From contig OZ242186.1 of assembly GCA_965205675.1 (NCBI GenBank), positions 128,001 to 192,000 of the forward strand: a stretch of 64,000 nt of DNA, in the 5' to 3' direction. This DNA comes from Nitrosopumilus sp. (GTDB taxonomy: Archaea; Thermoproteota; Nitrososphaeria; Nitrososphaerales; Nitrosopumilaceae). A model generated the notes under the pieces. It had not been told where the DNA came from, did no database searches, and saw nothing but the letters and a program-made list of their open reading frames with translations. Shown here piece by piece: positions 32,838 through 43,227 of this stretch (position 1 is the stretch's first letter; the number at the start of each line of letters is the position of its first letter). The position numbers were made by a program, and so were the translations under genes.

Positions 32838-33217
32838 AGCGCTACCAACTTTACAGTATCCATGTTTTTATTTGTTTGAAAATCTTTCGTTATTGTAGAT
32901 ACTTTTTCTGCATCTCCATCAATTAGAAAGAGTTCCATGCATTTTTCTTTCTCAATTTTACTATGAAGATGAGTTGTAATTAGATCTTCAAAATTATGTG
33001 TAATGCCTGAAACAATATGATCAAATTGATCATTATGTACAACCAAAAGAATTGCATGAATATTTCCTGCCAAATTTGCTTTTTGTTTTTCTTCAGAAAC
33101 AAATGATCTAATCCCAGCTCTGATAGCTTCCGATCTTCCTGAGAATCCTATAGATGTTTGAAGCTTGTCTAGTTCTGAGAGAATCTCATCATTTAATGAG
33201 ATTGAGACTATTGGCAT
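32834..33217 (-). CDS. NikR-family (RHH + ACT) metalloregulator
   Basis: IVSISL..LD......GFSGRSEAIR ribbon-helix-helix; THLH..C metal region; divergent from the metal ABC operon. Confidence 0.88.
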   Translation of the reverse strand: MPIVSISLNDEILSELDKLQTSIGFSGRSEAIRAGIRSFVSEEKQKANLAGNIHAILLVVHNDQFDHIVSGITHNFEDLITTHLHSKIEKEKCMELFLIDGDAEKVSTITKDFQTNKNMDTVKLVAL

Positions 33218-33259
33218 ATGCCTAATGTTATTAATTATCTTATAAGTTTAGCAATGAAT

Positions 33260-33290
33260 ATTATTAAGATTTTATAAATTTATTAATAAT
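33260..33290. promoter_or_regulatory. Candidate operator ATTATTAA-N15-TTAATAAT bracketing the TTTATAAA box of the ABC operon
   Basis: 8-bp inverted repeat at 33260-33267 and 33283-33290; AT-rich context lowers significance. Confidence 0.5.
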
Positions 33291-33307
33291 TTGGATTGAA
33301 TTGCTTC

Positions 33308-34351
33308 ATGAATATTCAGATAAAGATGGCAATTATCGCAATTATGGTCGTTATTCCATTAGCCTCAATTGCTGTGTATAGTATCAATCCAAGTCAACAA
33401 TTTATCAATATTGATGATAATTCTAAACTTCAAATCATTTCATCATTTAATCCACTACACGAATTTTCTCAAATTATAGGACAAGAAAAAATTGATGCTA
33501 TATTATTAGTTCCTATTGGAGTTGAACCACATGATTGGGAACCAACAATCAAAGATGTACAAAGAATGCAAAAATCTAATTTAATAGTTATCAATGGAAT
33601 AGGTTTTGAAAATTGGGTTGATAATTTAATTGAAAATAACTATCAAGGAATCATAGTTGACACAAGTAATGGGATTAAACTAAATAAATTCAAAGAACAA
33701 CATGATGAAGAACAACATGATGAAGAACAACATGATGAAGAACAACATGATGAAGAACAACATGATGAAGAACAACATGATGAAGAACAACATGATGAAG
33801 AACAACATGATGAAGAACAACATGATGAAGAACATGAACATATTGAAGGCGATCCACATATTTGGTTAAATCCTATATATGCAAAAATACAAGTTCAAAA
33901 CATTGCAAATGCTTTTTCAAACTCTGATCCTAAAAATAGTGAATTTTATAATACAAATGCAGAAAAATATAATAAAAAATTAGATTTACTTGATTCAAAA
34001 ATACGAAATGAATTATCAAACTGCAATAATGATTTTATTGTTTTTCATGATGCATTTTCATATTTTGCTGATGAATATGAGCTTAATCAACATACTATAA
34101 TCCCAACAACTAATTCTCATGGAGAAGTAACTGCAAAAACTCTTGAAAAAGTTATTTTAACGGCTAAAAAATTAAACATTAAAGTAATTTTCAGTGAAGA
34201 AAATATTTCTTCAAAATCATCAGAAATTATTGCAAATGAAATTGGTGGCAAATTTCTAATTTTATCCCCTCTGGAAGTTGTTTCTGATGGAACCTATATT
34301 TCTAAAATGACTAAAAATCTTGAAAATCTAAAGGAAGCATTATGTCAATAG
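33308..34351 (+). CDS. znuA: Zn/Mn ABC transporter substrate-binding protein (ZnuA/AdcA-like)
   Basis: EPHDWEP, DPHIWL, FHDAFSYF; His/acidic repeat loop; start uncertain (33296-33325). Confidence 0.9.
   Translation: MNIQIKMAIIAIMVVIPLASIAVYSINPSQQFINIDDNSKLQIISSFNPLHEFSQIIGQEKIDAILLVPIGVEPHDWEPTIKDVQRMQKSNLIVINGIGFENWVDNLIENNYQGIIVDTSNGIKLNKFKEQHDEEQHDEEQHDEEQHDEEQHDEEQHDEEQHDEEQHDEEQHDEEHEHIEGDPHIWLNPIYAKIQVQNIANAFSNSDPKNSEFYNTNAEKYNKKLDLLDSKIRNELSNCNNDFIVFHDAFSYFADEYELNQHTIIPTTNSHGEVTAKTLEKVILTAKKLNIKVIFSEENISSKSSEIIANEIGGKFLILSPLEVVSDGTYISKMTKNLENLKEALCQ
33695..33829 (+). repeat. 9 x 15-bp perfect tandem repeat GAACAACATGATGAA encoding (EQHDE)9
   Basis: Read directly from the sequence. 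Confidence 0.97.
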
Positions 34352-35061
34352 TTGAAATCAACAATCTCACTGTTCTGTATCCTGATGTTAAAGCTCTAGA
34401 TGATGTTAGCTTCACAGTCAATTCCGGGGATTTTCTAGGCATAATTGGTCCTAATGGTGCTGGAAAATCTACTCTTTTTGATGCTATGTTGGGTCTCAAT
34501 ACAAAATATGATGGAACTATCAAATTTTTTGATGAAGATATTAAAAAATCAAAAAATTATCTTATAGAACTTGGTTATGTACCGCAGAAGCCGATTTTTG
34601 AAAAAAATTTCCCAGTAACTGTAAGTGATGTAGTAAGAATGGGATTAAGAAATGAATCTAACGAAAATAAAATAGATGAAATTTTACAACAATTATGGAT
34701 TCATGAGCTTCGTAACAGAAGAATAGGTGAATTATCTGGAGGACAACAACAACGAGTATTCATTGCAAAAGCTTTGGTCAATAATCCAAAAATATTGATT
34801 TTAGATGAACCTGTTACAGGAATTGATCAACAAAGTATTGAATTGTTCTATAGTATTCTTCGAGAATTAAATTCTAAACAAAAAATCACTATTATTTGGT
34901 CTTCTCATGATTTGGATGCAGTTAATCAGCTAGCAAACCATGTAGCATGTTTAAACAGGACCTTATTCTTTCATGGAAAATCCGAAAAATTCTTTTCTGA
35001 TGATGAACTAATCAAACAATATTCTGAAGCTTCAATGCAGGAACATATGCATCATCATTAA
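34342..35061 (+). CDS. znuC: Zn/Mn ABC transporter ATP-binding protein
   Basis: GPNGAGKST, GYVPQ, LSGGQQQRV, LDEP, SHDL; C-terminal HMHHH. Confidence 0.92.
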   Translation: MSIVEINNLTVLYPDVKALDDVSFTVNSGDFLGIIGPNGAGKSTLFDAMLGLNTKYDGTIKFFDEDIKKSKNYLIELGYVPQKPIFEKNFPVTVSDVVRMGLRNESNENKIDEILQQLWIHELRNRRIGELSGGQQQRVFIAKALVNNPKILILDEPVTGIDQQSIELFYSILRELNSKQKITIIWSSHDLDAVNQLANHVACLNRTLFFHGKSEKFFSDDELIKQYSEASMQEHMHHH

Positions 35062-35063
35062 TC

Positions 35064-35882
35064 ATGTCTTTTGAAATTCTAACCTTTGGTTTTATGCACA
35101 GAGCACTAATTTCTGGAATTGCAATTGCAATTCTCTGTTCAGTGGTTGGCTTGTTCTTGGTGTTAAGACGTTATTCTTTATTTGGAGATGCAATTGCACA
35201 TTCATCTTTTGGTGGAATTGCTCTGGGATTACTTGCTGGCATTTATCCATTATGGGCTGCATATGGAGTTTCAATAGCTAGTGCATTAATAATTACTAAA
35301 GTTAAAGATCGATATAATATTTCAGGAGATGCATCCATTGCCGTTTTATTATCTTCAGGTATAGCAGTTGGACTTGTAATCATTGGGTTATCTGGAGGCT
35401 TTACAATTGACATCTTTAGTTTTCTCTTTGGTAGTATTCTACTTGTTAGTGTAGATGACACTGTACTAATTTTGGCATTAACTGGTGTAATCCTAATTAT
35501 AATTTTATTACTTTATCGTCAAATTCTTTATTCTACATTTAATGAAGAACAAGCCAAAGTCAGTGGAATTCCTGTTGAGAAAATAAACTATTTGATAGTG
35601 TTTATGGCAGGAATTACAGTTGTTACATCTATTCAACTTGTAGGTGTGTTATTAATTTCAGCTCTATTTGTAATTCCTAACGTTACAGCAATAATGTATG
35701 GTAAAGGCTTCAAACAAACTGCAATAATTTCAATGAGTTTATCTATTTTTTCAGTTATCGCAGGAATTCTAATCTCTTACATATTTGATATAACGCCTGC
35801 CGGAACCATCGTTCTCGTATCAATTGGATTACTTGCAATAACAATGGGGATAAAATCTTTTGGGTTATTATCTAAGAATTAA
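35064..35882 (+). CDS. znuB: Zn/Mn ABC transporter permease
   Basis: GDAIAHSSFGG, FLFGSIL, FNEEQAKVSG, VGVLLISAL. Confidence 0.92.
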   Translation: MSFEILTFGFMHRALISGIAIAILCSVVGLFLVLRRYSLFGDAIAHSSFGGIALGLLAGIYPLWAAYGVSIASALIITKVKDRYNISGDASIAVLLSSGIAVGLVIIGLSGGFTIDIFSFLFGSILLVSVDDTVLILALTGVILIIILLLYRQILYSTFNEEQAKVSGIPVEKINYLIVFMAGITVVTSIQLVGVLLISALFVIPNVTAIMYGKGFKQTAIISMSLSIFSVIAGILISYIFDITPAGTIVLVSIGLLAITMGIKSFGLLSKN

Positions 35883-38652
35883 CCATGGAATTTAATCTTC
35901 TTTTATCTTGTATACTTTTTACATAAAATAATGATGTCGCAATAATTCCTAATGCAATTATTGGTGATACAAGTTCAGCATATTTGATTTCATCACTATT
36001 TGATTCCTGAATTTGTGTAATACTTACTGGAATCTCTGTAATCTCTACCATTCCAATTTTATTTGATTGTTGTTCCACAAACCACACGTTATCATTTCCA
36101 TCTGATGTCATAAATTGAACAAAAGATGTTTCAGTTGGAATTGGAATTTCTAACAAATCCTTGTTGTCTGGATCATAAACTCCTAAACTGTCAATTGTGT
36201 GCTGTGCAAACCACACATTTCCATATTTATCAAATGTCATACCAAATGGTAATGCTTCATCATCAGGCACGGATATTTTTTCAAATGTCTCTAAAACTGG
36301 ATTAAATCTAGTGATTGCCAAGCCTGTATGTTCTGCAATCCATAGATTTCCGTCATCATCAAAAATTAGAGCCTCCGGAGACTGTAATTCTGTTTCAGTT
36401 AAAATTTGAGTCAGATGATTATCTTTTGGATCTATGAATCCTATTTTACCTACTGCTGCTGCAGAATACCACACCATTCCGTTTTCATCAACTGCTAAAG
36501 AAAGTGGAAGTGATCCTTTGTCTGGTAAAATCACTTCTTCAAATTCATCTTGTTCTGGAAGATATTTTAGAATTTTATCCTTGTTAACAATGGTGATCCA
36601 AATATTATTCTTAAAATCTGCTGTGATAACTAATGGAATATTTTTTGAAATTACTGGATCTAATTTTGGTAAAGTTTTGAGTGTAATTTCTTTTGTTTGA
36701 ACATCGATAAATCCAATTTGATTTCTTGGAGTATCTGTGAACCAAATCTTTCCAGTAGTATCCATAGTTAGAAACATTGTAGTGAGCCCATCAAATGTGT
36801 GTGCAGAAAATTCTTTTGTTTCAAGTGAAAATTGCCATAATCTTGGAGCAGAAGGATCACTTATCCAGATAGAACCATTTCCATCATACAATGGGAACCA
36901 TGGTTTTGCATCTTCAGGTAATTCATATTCAATTATTTGTGTTTGAATATCTACTAATCTTGGTTTTACAAGCAAATTCAAAATCTTAGATTCATTTGCA
37001 TTTTCTGTTCTTTGAGCTTCAATTTCTATTAACCATTCATCTGAAAATCCAAATGTTAATTCACCTTGAAATTCATTAGGTATACTTTCTTCTTGTTTTA
37101 CAAGTTCAATAGGAACTTCAATAGGTGAAATATTTTTTGATGGGTTTGAAATTTTCACTTTCATTTGATCTAAATCGTAAAGCTGATTCCCTTCAAAATC
37201 ACTTACTTTAACTAAAATTCTGTTTGCCCCACTAGAAAATGGTGAAATATAAATATCAAATTTTACATTTTCTGTAAATTCAATCGTTTTAAATCCATAT
37301 GTTACCTCTTGTGCATCTACTTTTTGGATTTCTCCTGTAGGTAATGTTCCGTTTGTTAGTAATGCCACTACGCCCAGAAGAATAATTCCCAACGCCGCAT
37401 CAACTCTCAGTGATCTTTTTAATTTTTTATAAACCATAATTTTACCTGATGAAAAATTCTTTTCAGCATTTTTTTGTATTTTAAATTGGAATATGCCTCC
37501 TAATACCACCATGACTATTGCAATCATTATTTTGAGAATAATTAATTGGCCAAATACGGACTCTTTGATTAATACTACGTCAGTTTCCAAAAACCACATT
37601 AACGTTGGTCCAGTAATTATTACAATCCCTATTGAAATGATAAATGCAATAGAAAATCTTGGAATTATCACAAGACTCATCTTTTCTCTATTTACATCTT
37701 TTAATTGTGAAAATGTTGGAAGTAATGTAAAAGCAAAATAGATTATTCCTCCTATCCAAATTGCAGCAACTAAATTGTGTATATAGTCTAGTACTAATGC
37801 TCCCAATTCTTCAGTAGCTGCACCATGTCCAATCAGACTAGAAGTTGAAATTAATACTAATGATGCTATTAGCATTGGAATTTGATTTTTCTTTGATAGT
37901 GTATTTTCTTTATCCATTGCAAACCAAATTCCAAGTAAAATTATTGTGATAATCATTCTAGCAAGCCAAACTGTTCCAAAATATGTTTGAATTACCTCTA
38001 ATGGTGAAGTTTCTAGTCTAACTGTCTGAACAGCAATCATCAAAATATCTGAAATGAATACAAGTATCAATCCTATGCCTGTAATTGACATGAATTTTCC
38101 ATGATGGAAAATTTCTATTTTATTTAATTCTTCTTTGATTAGTAGCTTATTTTGTGTTCCCCAAATTAACAATGATGCAATTACCACACCTAAAATAATA
38201 GTTTGACCTACGATTCCAGGGAATTTTGCTCCGGCATAATCAAAAAATATTATTTCTGATTCAATTACTGGTTGATTGACATCTTCAATTATTACATCTC
38301 CAACTCCAAACAAAAATGCACTTGGGACTAGATGTCCATCAAATTCAGAGAGAACTTTAACTGATGTAGTATAAACTCCATCATCTAATGGTAAGGTAGT
38401 AACAATTAGAGATAACTCTCCTTCATGATAATTGGTATCTTTGTTATCAATTTGATTTCCATTACTATCAAAAACTTTGATTTCACTAAAGTTGATATCT
38501 ACTGGTTCTGAAAAATACACAATAACTTCTGTTGTACCTACTGGAGCATTAGATGCTAAATTTGGAATAGTTTTTTCTGTAAATGGATGTGCCGCTGCAA
38601 ACGGTATTGAAATGAATGATAAAACTGTTAAAAATAGTAGAATTTTTCTCAT
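35872..38652 (-). CDS. CopC-CopD fusion with an Ig-like domain and a Vgb-like beta-propeller, C-terminally anchored
   Basis: AAA-HPF mature His1 and DGH (CopC site); GHGAA and YIHNLVAAIWIGG (CopD); repeated P..(L/I)..D..GNxW blades. Confidence 0.88.
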   Translation of the reverse strand: MRKILLFLTVLSFISIPFAAAHPFTEKTIPNLASNAPVGTTEVIVYFSEPVDINFSEIKVFDSNGNQIDNKDTNYHEGELSLIVTTLPLDDGVYTTSVKVLSEFDGHLVPSAFLFGVGDVIIEDVNQPVIESEIIFFDYAGAKFPGIVGQTIILGVVIASLLIWGTQNKLLIKEELNKIEIFHHGKFMSITGIGLILVFISDILMIAVQTVRLETSPLEVIQTYFGTVWLARMIITIILLGIWFAMDKENTLSKKNQIPMLIASLVLISTSSLIGHGAATEELGALVLDYIHNLVAAIWIGGIIYFAFTLLPTFSQLKDVNREKMSLVIIPRFSIAFIISIGIVIITGPTLMWFLETDVVLIKESVFGQLIILKIMIAIVMVVLGGIFQFKIQKNAEKNFSSGKIMVYKKLKRSLRVDAALGIILLGVVALLTNGTLPTGEIQKVDAQEVTYGFKTIEFTENVKFDIYISPFSSGANRILVKVSDFEGNQLYDLDQMKVKISNPSKNISPIEVPIELVKQEESIPNEFQGELTFGFSDEWLIEIEAQRTENANESKILNLLVKPRLVDIQTQIIEYELPEDAKPWFPLYDGNGSIWISDPSAPRLWQFSLETKEFSAHTFDGLTTMFLTMDTTGKIWFTDTPRNQIGFIDVQTKEITLKTLPKLDPVISKNIPLVITADFKNNIWITIVNKDKILKYLPEQDEFEEVILPDKGSLPLSLAVDENGMVWYSAAAVGKIGFIDPKDNHLTQILTETELQSPEALIFDDDGNLWIAEHTGLAITRFNPVLETFEKISVPDDEALPFGMTFDKYGNVWFAQHTIDSLGVYDPDNKDLLEIPIPTETSFVQFMTSDGNDNVWFVEQQSNKIGMVEITEIPVSITQIQESNSDEIKYAELVSPIIALGIIATSLFYVKSIQDKRRLNSMVNS

Positions 38653-38747
38653 TTGTTGTTAAGATCATTTATGACAATTTAAACAGTTTACATTTTTCTA
38701 AATTTGTACCAATTTACATAAAGATAATAACTGATGATTTTCCAACA

Positions 38748-39383
38748 ATGGTCGTGAAGATAGCATTTTTTGGCTTTATTGTTTTATTATTTTCAATTGG
38801 AATGACTGTTCCTTCATTAGGGCATACTACAGTACATGTTGAACAATATGCAATTGAAGCAGGATGGGGAATTGAACCTCCTGTAGTAGGAATTCGAAAT
38901 GATCTTGTCTTTAAAATAACTAAAGCCGGAGAAACAGAAGGCACATACACAGGTGTTACAAACGTTTTCAAAAGCACCGATGCGACTATAATGTTTGGAG
39001 GTGCAACTAAAAAAATTAGTATTAATTCTGATCCAAGACCTGGATATTATTTCTCACCTATTATTCCGACTAAAACTGGAAGTTACATGGTTGAATTAAA
39101 AGGAGAAATTCGTGATGTTCCAGTTGATATCAAAATACCTATTGAAGATGTTGAACCCACAGCAGTATTAGATTTTCCTCCAACAACAGGAGGCGGTGAT
39201 ACTGGTATTGCTGCACTAAAACAAGCAATTGCATCATTACAACAAGATGTTTCTAAAATGAACTCAGGTGAAACTAAAGTTAATTCTAATAGCGGTCAAT
39301 CTTATGACTTTGCAATACTTGGATTATCTATTGCAGCGGCAGCGATTATTTTAGCAATTATATCATTAGTAAAAAGAAAATAG
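38748..39383 (+). CDS. Secreted, membrane-anchored protein with predicted mature N-terminal His (HTTVHVE)
   Basis: Start moved to ATG 38748; signal peptide, Ig-like core, coiled coil, C-terminal TM + KRK. Confidence 0.75.
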   Translation: MVVKIAFFGFIVLLFSIGMTVPSLGHTTVHVEQYAIEAGWGIEPPVVGIRNDLVFKITKAGETEGTYTGVTNVFKSTDATIMFGGATKKISINSDPRPGYYFSPIIPTKTGSYMVELKGEIRDVPVDIKIPIEDVEPTAVLDFPPTTGGGDTGIAALKQAIASLQQDVSKMNSGETKVNSNSGQSYDFAILGLSIAAAAIILAIISLVKRK

Positions 39384-39397
39384 AAAAAGAGGTATTC

Positions 39398-40282
39398 CTA
39401 AAATCTCGGAACGACTCTAGATTTTGAAGTTACTGCTACGATGCTTATAATTGCAACAGCTAGTATCATCATTACGATTGTACCAAATTCTGGAACAACG
39501 TTTGAGAATACGACTTCTTCACCAATTGGTCCTGTTTTAGGATCATCAACACCATAACCTTGGAAAGTAATAGTGATGTCTACTGGATCAGAAGAACTTA
39601 ATGCTGCTGTAGTATGTACGCCTTTACCATCGTGATGATGTGCGCCTTCATCGTTCAAAACTTCTTCACCGTTTTGTGTAACCATCATATCATGGTTAAC
39701 ATGTTCTGCATCGTCAAATTCAATGGAAATTTCCATCATTTCACCTGCAATTGGTGTTGAAGTCCAGATTGAAACCATTGTGCCATCAGATAACATTCCG
39801 GTTGCAGATGCATCACCTTCGTGCATCATTTCACCGTCATCGTCACCATGATCGTCACCGTCATTGTCTTTTACAGCTTCTACTTCTTGTACTATGATCA
39901 TTCCTGCCATCCATGGATGAACTATACAGAAGTATGGTTGTTCACCAACTTGTGTTGGAGACCATTCAAATGAACTTCCGGCCATTGCTAGACTGGAATC
40001 AAATACTGTGCCAACTGAATCAGCATCTTCTGCTGCACCTGATGTGAATGTATGTGCTACATTATCAGTGTTTGAGAAAATTACTTTTCCACCAACATCA
40101 ACAGTTGCAGTACTTGGAATGAAACATCCTTCTGGAGTTTCTTCACAGCCTGGTGTGCCAGAACCTGCTGTAGGTTCAACTGTGACTTCTGCATGATCTG
40201 CAAAAGCAGCTGGAGTCATTGTGACCATACCTGCTGCAATAGCAAATAGTACGAAGAGTGAGCTAAGTGCTTTAGTCTTCAT
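39398..40282 (-). CDS. Blue (type 1) copper cupredoxin with a His-rich second domain and PEFG-CTERM
   Basis: AHTFTSG ... YFCIVHPWM ligands (H, C, H, M); EHVNHDMM and HHHDG; VVPEFG-TM. Confidence 0.92.
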   Translation of the reverse strand: MKTKALSSLFVLFAIAAGMVTMTPAAFADHAEVTVEPTAGSGTPGCEETPEGCFIPSTATVDVGGKVIFSNTDNVAHTFTSGAAEDADSVGTVFDSSLAMAGSSFEWSPTQVGEQPYFCIVHPWMAGMIIVQEVEAVKDNDGDDHGDDDGEMMHEGDASATGMLSDGTMVSIWTSTPIAGEMMEISIEFDDAEHVNHDMMVTQNGEEVLNDEGAHHHDGKGVHTTAALSSSDPVDITITFQGYGVDDPKTGPIGEEVVFSNVVPEFGTIVMMILAVAIISIVAVTSKSRVVPRF

Positions 40283-40339
40283 TAGACAAATTACTCGAAT
40301 GGATACATAAAAACCTCACTGGAATTTTTAGAGATAAAA

Positions 40340-41164
40340 CTAGTTTTTTCTAAATTGATACAGTTTTAGAATTCCAAATACAGGAATCCCTACATACATT
40401 CCAATGTTTAGTAGAACTATGGATATGCCATATACCAACATATCTTGCTCTGAGTTAATTTCAACATAATCTAACAAAGACAATGACGATAACATTGGAG
40501 TTAATCCCATCTTAACAACTTCTTTGAAAACTGGATTTTTTCTTTCAAAGTCTGCTATGGTTGGAGAAAATGAATAATAGAGTTGATTAAAAGATGTCAT
40601 AAATGCTGTTCCTGAGTTTGTTTCAAGAATTGTGTTATCTCTAAGTTCTCTTAATTGTTGAACTTGTGGTGCCATTTCAGAATCATATGCTGCAGTTGCA
40701 ATAAGACAACCTCCATTCTCATCTGTTGGAGGTTCTTCTTTATCCGATAATGATGGTTGAGCAAGTGCTTCTCCTACAATAACATCAAATGATACTATTT
40801 CAGTTGGAATTGGTTGAAACAAAATTCCTTCAACTTCAAAGTCTATAGTATACACTCCTTCTCCAAGATTAAATTCAATTGGAATTTTTACAGTTCCAAC
40901 TGATGTATGAGTTAGTGGAATTGGTCCAAATACTTTTTCATCATTCTTAGAAACGGAAATTGTATAATCAATATGTTCTTGAATTTTTTGTGTTTGTGGG
41001 TTTAGAAAATCAATATTTATTTTTGTTTGAACATTTGGTTCTATAGTATCATATGTTAATTTTACATCCAGGGTACCTTTTTCTGTAGATAGAGTCTGTG
41101 ATTCTGCAAATGCAGATGGTATAATCAATAATGGAATTAATAATGCTGCAAGTAGAAATTTCAT
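40340..41164 (-). CDS. Secreted protein with CFI-box-CTERM sorting domain
   Basis: GGCLIATAAYDSEMAPQVQQLRELRD...YYSFSP; QEHIDY..HT motif in the N-terminal domain. Confidence 0.85.
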   Translation of the reverse strand: MKFLLAALLIPLLIIPSAFAESQTLSTEKGTLDVKLTYDTIEPNVQTKINIDFLNPQTQKIQEHIDYTISVSKNDEKVFGPIPLTHTSVGTVKIPIEFNLGEGVYTIDFEVEGILFQPIPTEIVSFDVIVGEALAQPSLSDKEEPPTDENGGCLIATAAYDSEMAPQVQQLRELRDNTILETNSGTAFMTSFNQLYYSFSPTIADFERKNPVFKEVVKMGLTPMLSSLSLLDYVEINSEQDMLVYGISIVLLNIGMYVGIPVFGILKLYQFRKN

Positions 41165-41276
41165 GTTTTAATTTTAAAAATCGGAAATAAAAATTATACC
41201 TCGTTTTCTCACAGAAAACTATTACGCATAGAAATACTGTGCCAGCTTTAAATATGGAATTAACATAATTTTAGTA

Positions 41277-42986
41277 TTGTACCACAAGATTGCATTATTA
41301 GTTATAATTATCGGAATTTTTACAATTCCTGTTATTCTTCCAAATGCATTTGCTCATGGTCTTGGTGGAGATCAAGCAGAACCTATCAGTTTTGGTGACA
41401 TGGAAGTAACAGTTCGTACTGATTTGAATCCTTCTGATATTACCATTGGGAATATTGATGATGTAAATATGAAAATTAGATTTTTTGATACTCTTACTGA
41501 TATCAGTTTAGAAAAAGTAACTTACAGAGTAGAAGTTTGGAAAAGTGGGGATTTACTTGCGCGAAATCTCTTTTATGATTTAGATGGACGATTAGATGTA
41601 GAACTTCGTCCAACATTTGATTGTGACGAATCTGATCTTTGGAAATGTACTATTTATGGTGGTTCTGAACATGTTAGTGCTCCAGGTGCATTATTTGTTC
41701 AAGGCGCTGCATGTACTGATGACAATTTAGATATTTGTGCCAGACCCACAATCACGGGTCCAATTTTTGACAAAGGTGGATTATACAATATCAAAATAGA
41801 CATTGAAGCTGCAACAAGTCCTAAAATAGTTCTTGCTGAGCGATTAACATATGATACCTTTGTTAGTGTTGCACAGGAACAAGACTTTTTCATCCAAACC
41901 GCAAATGCAGAAATTCCAATAGTTGTTAAAACATATTATGACGATGTTGAGAATTTCCAATTTAATACTTCTGATAATTCAATAAGTTTTGACATGGCTT
42001 TTGATTGGAGTCCTGATTATGTTAATTTAGTACAAGTAGTTCATGAAGAAGTCAGAGTTCCTAAATCTTTTGTTCCATATGCTGAAGGAAAACAATTCAA
42101 AGGTTATGTTAACGGTGTAGAAATTGGTCAAAGAGCTTTGCTTAATGATCCATATTCTTATGATGACACAAATATAGTTCATTTCTTAGTATCAAAAAGT
42201 GACTTAGAAAAAATCAATAAAACTCTGGGACCAGATAACTATGATAATAAAAATATGAATCTAAAGTTAGTACCATTAGAAGAAACATCAAAAAGTTCTA
42301 CTGAATTTTATCTAGTAGACACTACAAACTATGAAAAAACTCCAACTACTGTAAATATTTCTTGGGATGGAAAATATGGTGCCAATCAAGAAGTTCCATT
42401 TGAGTTTACATTCTTTAATGAAGATAGAGAATTAATCAAAGATGTTAAATATGCTTATGTTGTTTTAGATGAATTTGATCAAGAAATAGCAAGAAATGGT
42501 GATGGTGTTGATTCTGTAAATCCTGGAATTGTGTCTATTGAAGGATTAGATATTCAAGAAATCTACATTCCTTCTGCAGGTCAAATTCGTATTGACATGC
42601 TAGTTTATGGAACTGGGTTAGACTATGATCCAACTTATTCTGGAATTGGTTCTGCAATTATTGAAATTGGTCCAAGTTCTACAACTGTAACACCTTTAGT
42701 TTCTGAAGAAATTCTAATCCCTAGTTGGATTAAAAATAACGCAGAATGGTGGGTAGCAGGACAAATTGATGATGATTCATTCATTCAAGGAATTCAATAT
42801 TTGATTAAAGAAGATGTTCTAAAGATTCCTCCAACTGCTCAAGGTACTAGTTCTGATTCAGATGATATTCCCGGTTGGATTAAAAATAACGCAGAATGGT
42901 GGGTAGCAGGACAAATTGATGATGATTCATTCATTCAAGGAATCCAGTATCTGATTAAAGAAGGAATCATGAGAGTACAATCATAG
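41277..42986 (+). CDS. Secreted HGLG-start protein with two C-terminal IPxWIKNNAxWW repeats
   Basis: AFA-HGLGGD; paralogous core with the 31470 and 43228 proteins. Confidence 0.85.
   Translation: MYHKIALLVIIIGIFTIPVILPNAFAHGLGGDQAEPISFGDMEVTVRTDLNPSDITIGNIDDVNMKIRFFDTLTDISLEKVTYRVEVWKSGDLLARNLFYDLDGRLDVELRPTFDCDESDLWKCTIYGGSEHVSAPGALFVQGAACTDDNLDICARPTITGPIFDKGGLYNIKIDIEAATSPKIVLAERLTYDTFVSVAQEQDFFIQTANAEIPIVVKTYYDDVENFQFNTSDNSISFDMAFDWSPDYVNLVQVVHEEVRVPKSFVPYAEGKQFKGYVNGVEIGQRALLNDPYSYDDTNIVHFLVSKSDLEKINKTLGPDNYDNKNMNLKLVPLEETSKSSTEFYLVDTTNYEKTPTTVNISWDGKYGANQEVPFEFTFFNEDRELIKDVKYAYVVLDEFDQEIARNGDGVDSVNPGIVSIEGLDIQEIYIPSAGQIRIDMLVYGTGLDYDPTYSGIGSAIIEIGPSSTTVTPLVSEEILIPSWIKNNAEWWVAGQIDDDSFIQGIQYLIKEDVLKIPPTAQGTSSDSDDIPGWIKNNAEWWVAGQIDDDSFIQGIQYLIKEGIMRVQS
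42724..42963 (+). repeat. Intragenic direct repeat, about 90 bp with a 150-bp period
   Basis: 42724-42793 is identical to 42874-42943, followed by a few synonymous differences. Confidence 0.92.
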
Positions 42987-43019
42987 GTTTTTAAATAAAT
43001 TCTGTAGAATGATAGTGTA

Positions 43020-43226
43020 ATGAAAGATATCAACGATATCATGCCAAAAGTTCCTAACATGAGATGGGGAGCTTTGATGAATAAAGCACCTACTAGTGAT
43101 AAGGTTGAAGAAATGAATAAAATTTTTCCCAACAATGGTAAATGGCATACAGTTTTTGAAGAACAAGATCAAATTACAATCGATGGAAAAGAAATTAGAA
43201 AGAAAAATCCCAACAAGTGGACCTAG
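43020..43226 (+). CDS. Small hypothetical protein (68 aa)
   Basis: MKDINDIMPKVPNMRWGAL...NGKWHTVFEE; TTTAAATA about 25 bp upstream; abuts the next gene. Confidence 0.7.
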   Translation: MKDINDIMPKVPNMRWGALMNKAPTSDKVEEMNKIFPNNGKWHTVFEEQDQITIDGKEIRKKNPNKWT

Positions 43227-43227
43227 A

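Noticed and set aside
33695-33829. Tandem repeats (also 48544-48705 and 60944-61043) as a CRISPR array linked to the Cas4-like gene
   Set aside because: No spacers; unit lengths are multiples of 3 and lie in frame inside proteins.
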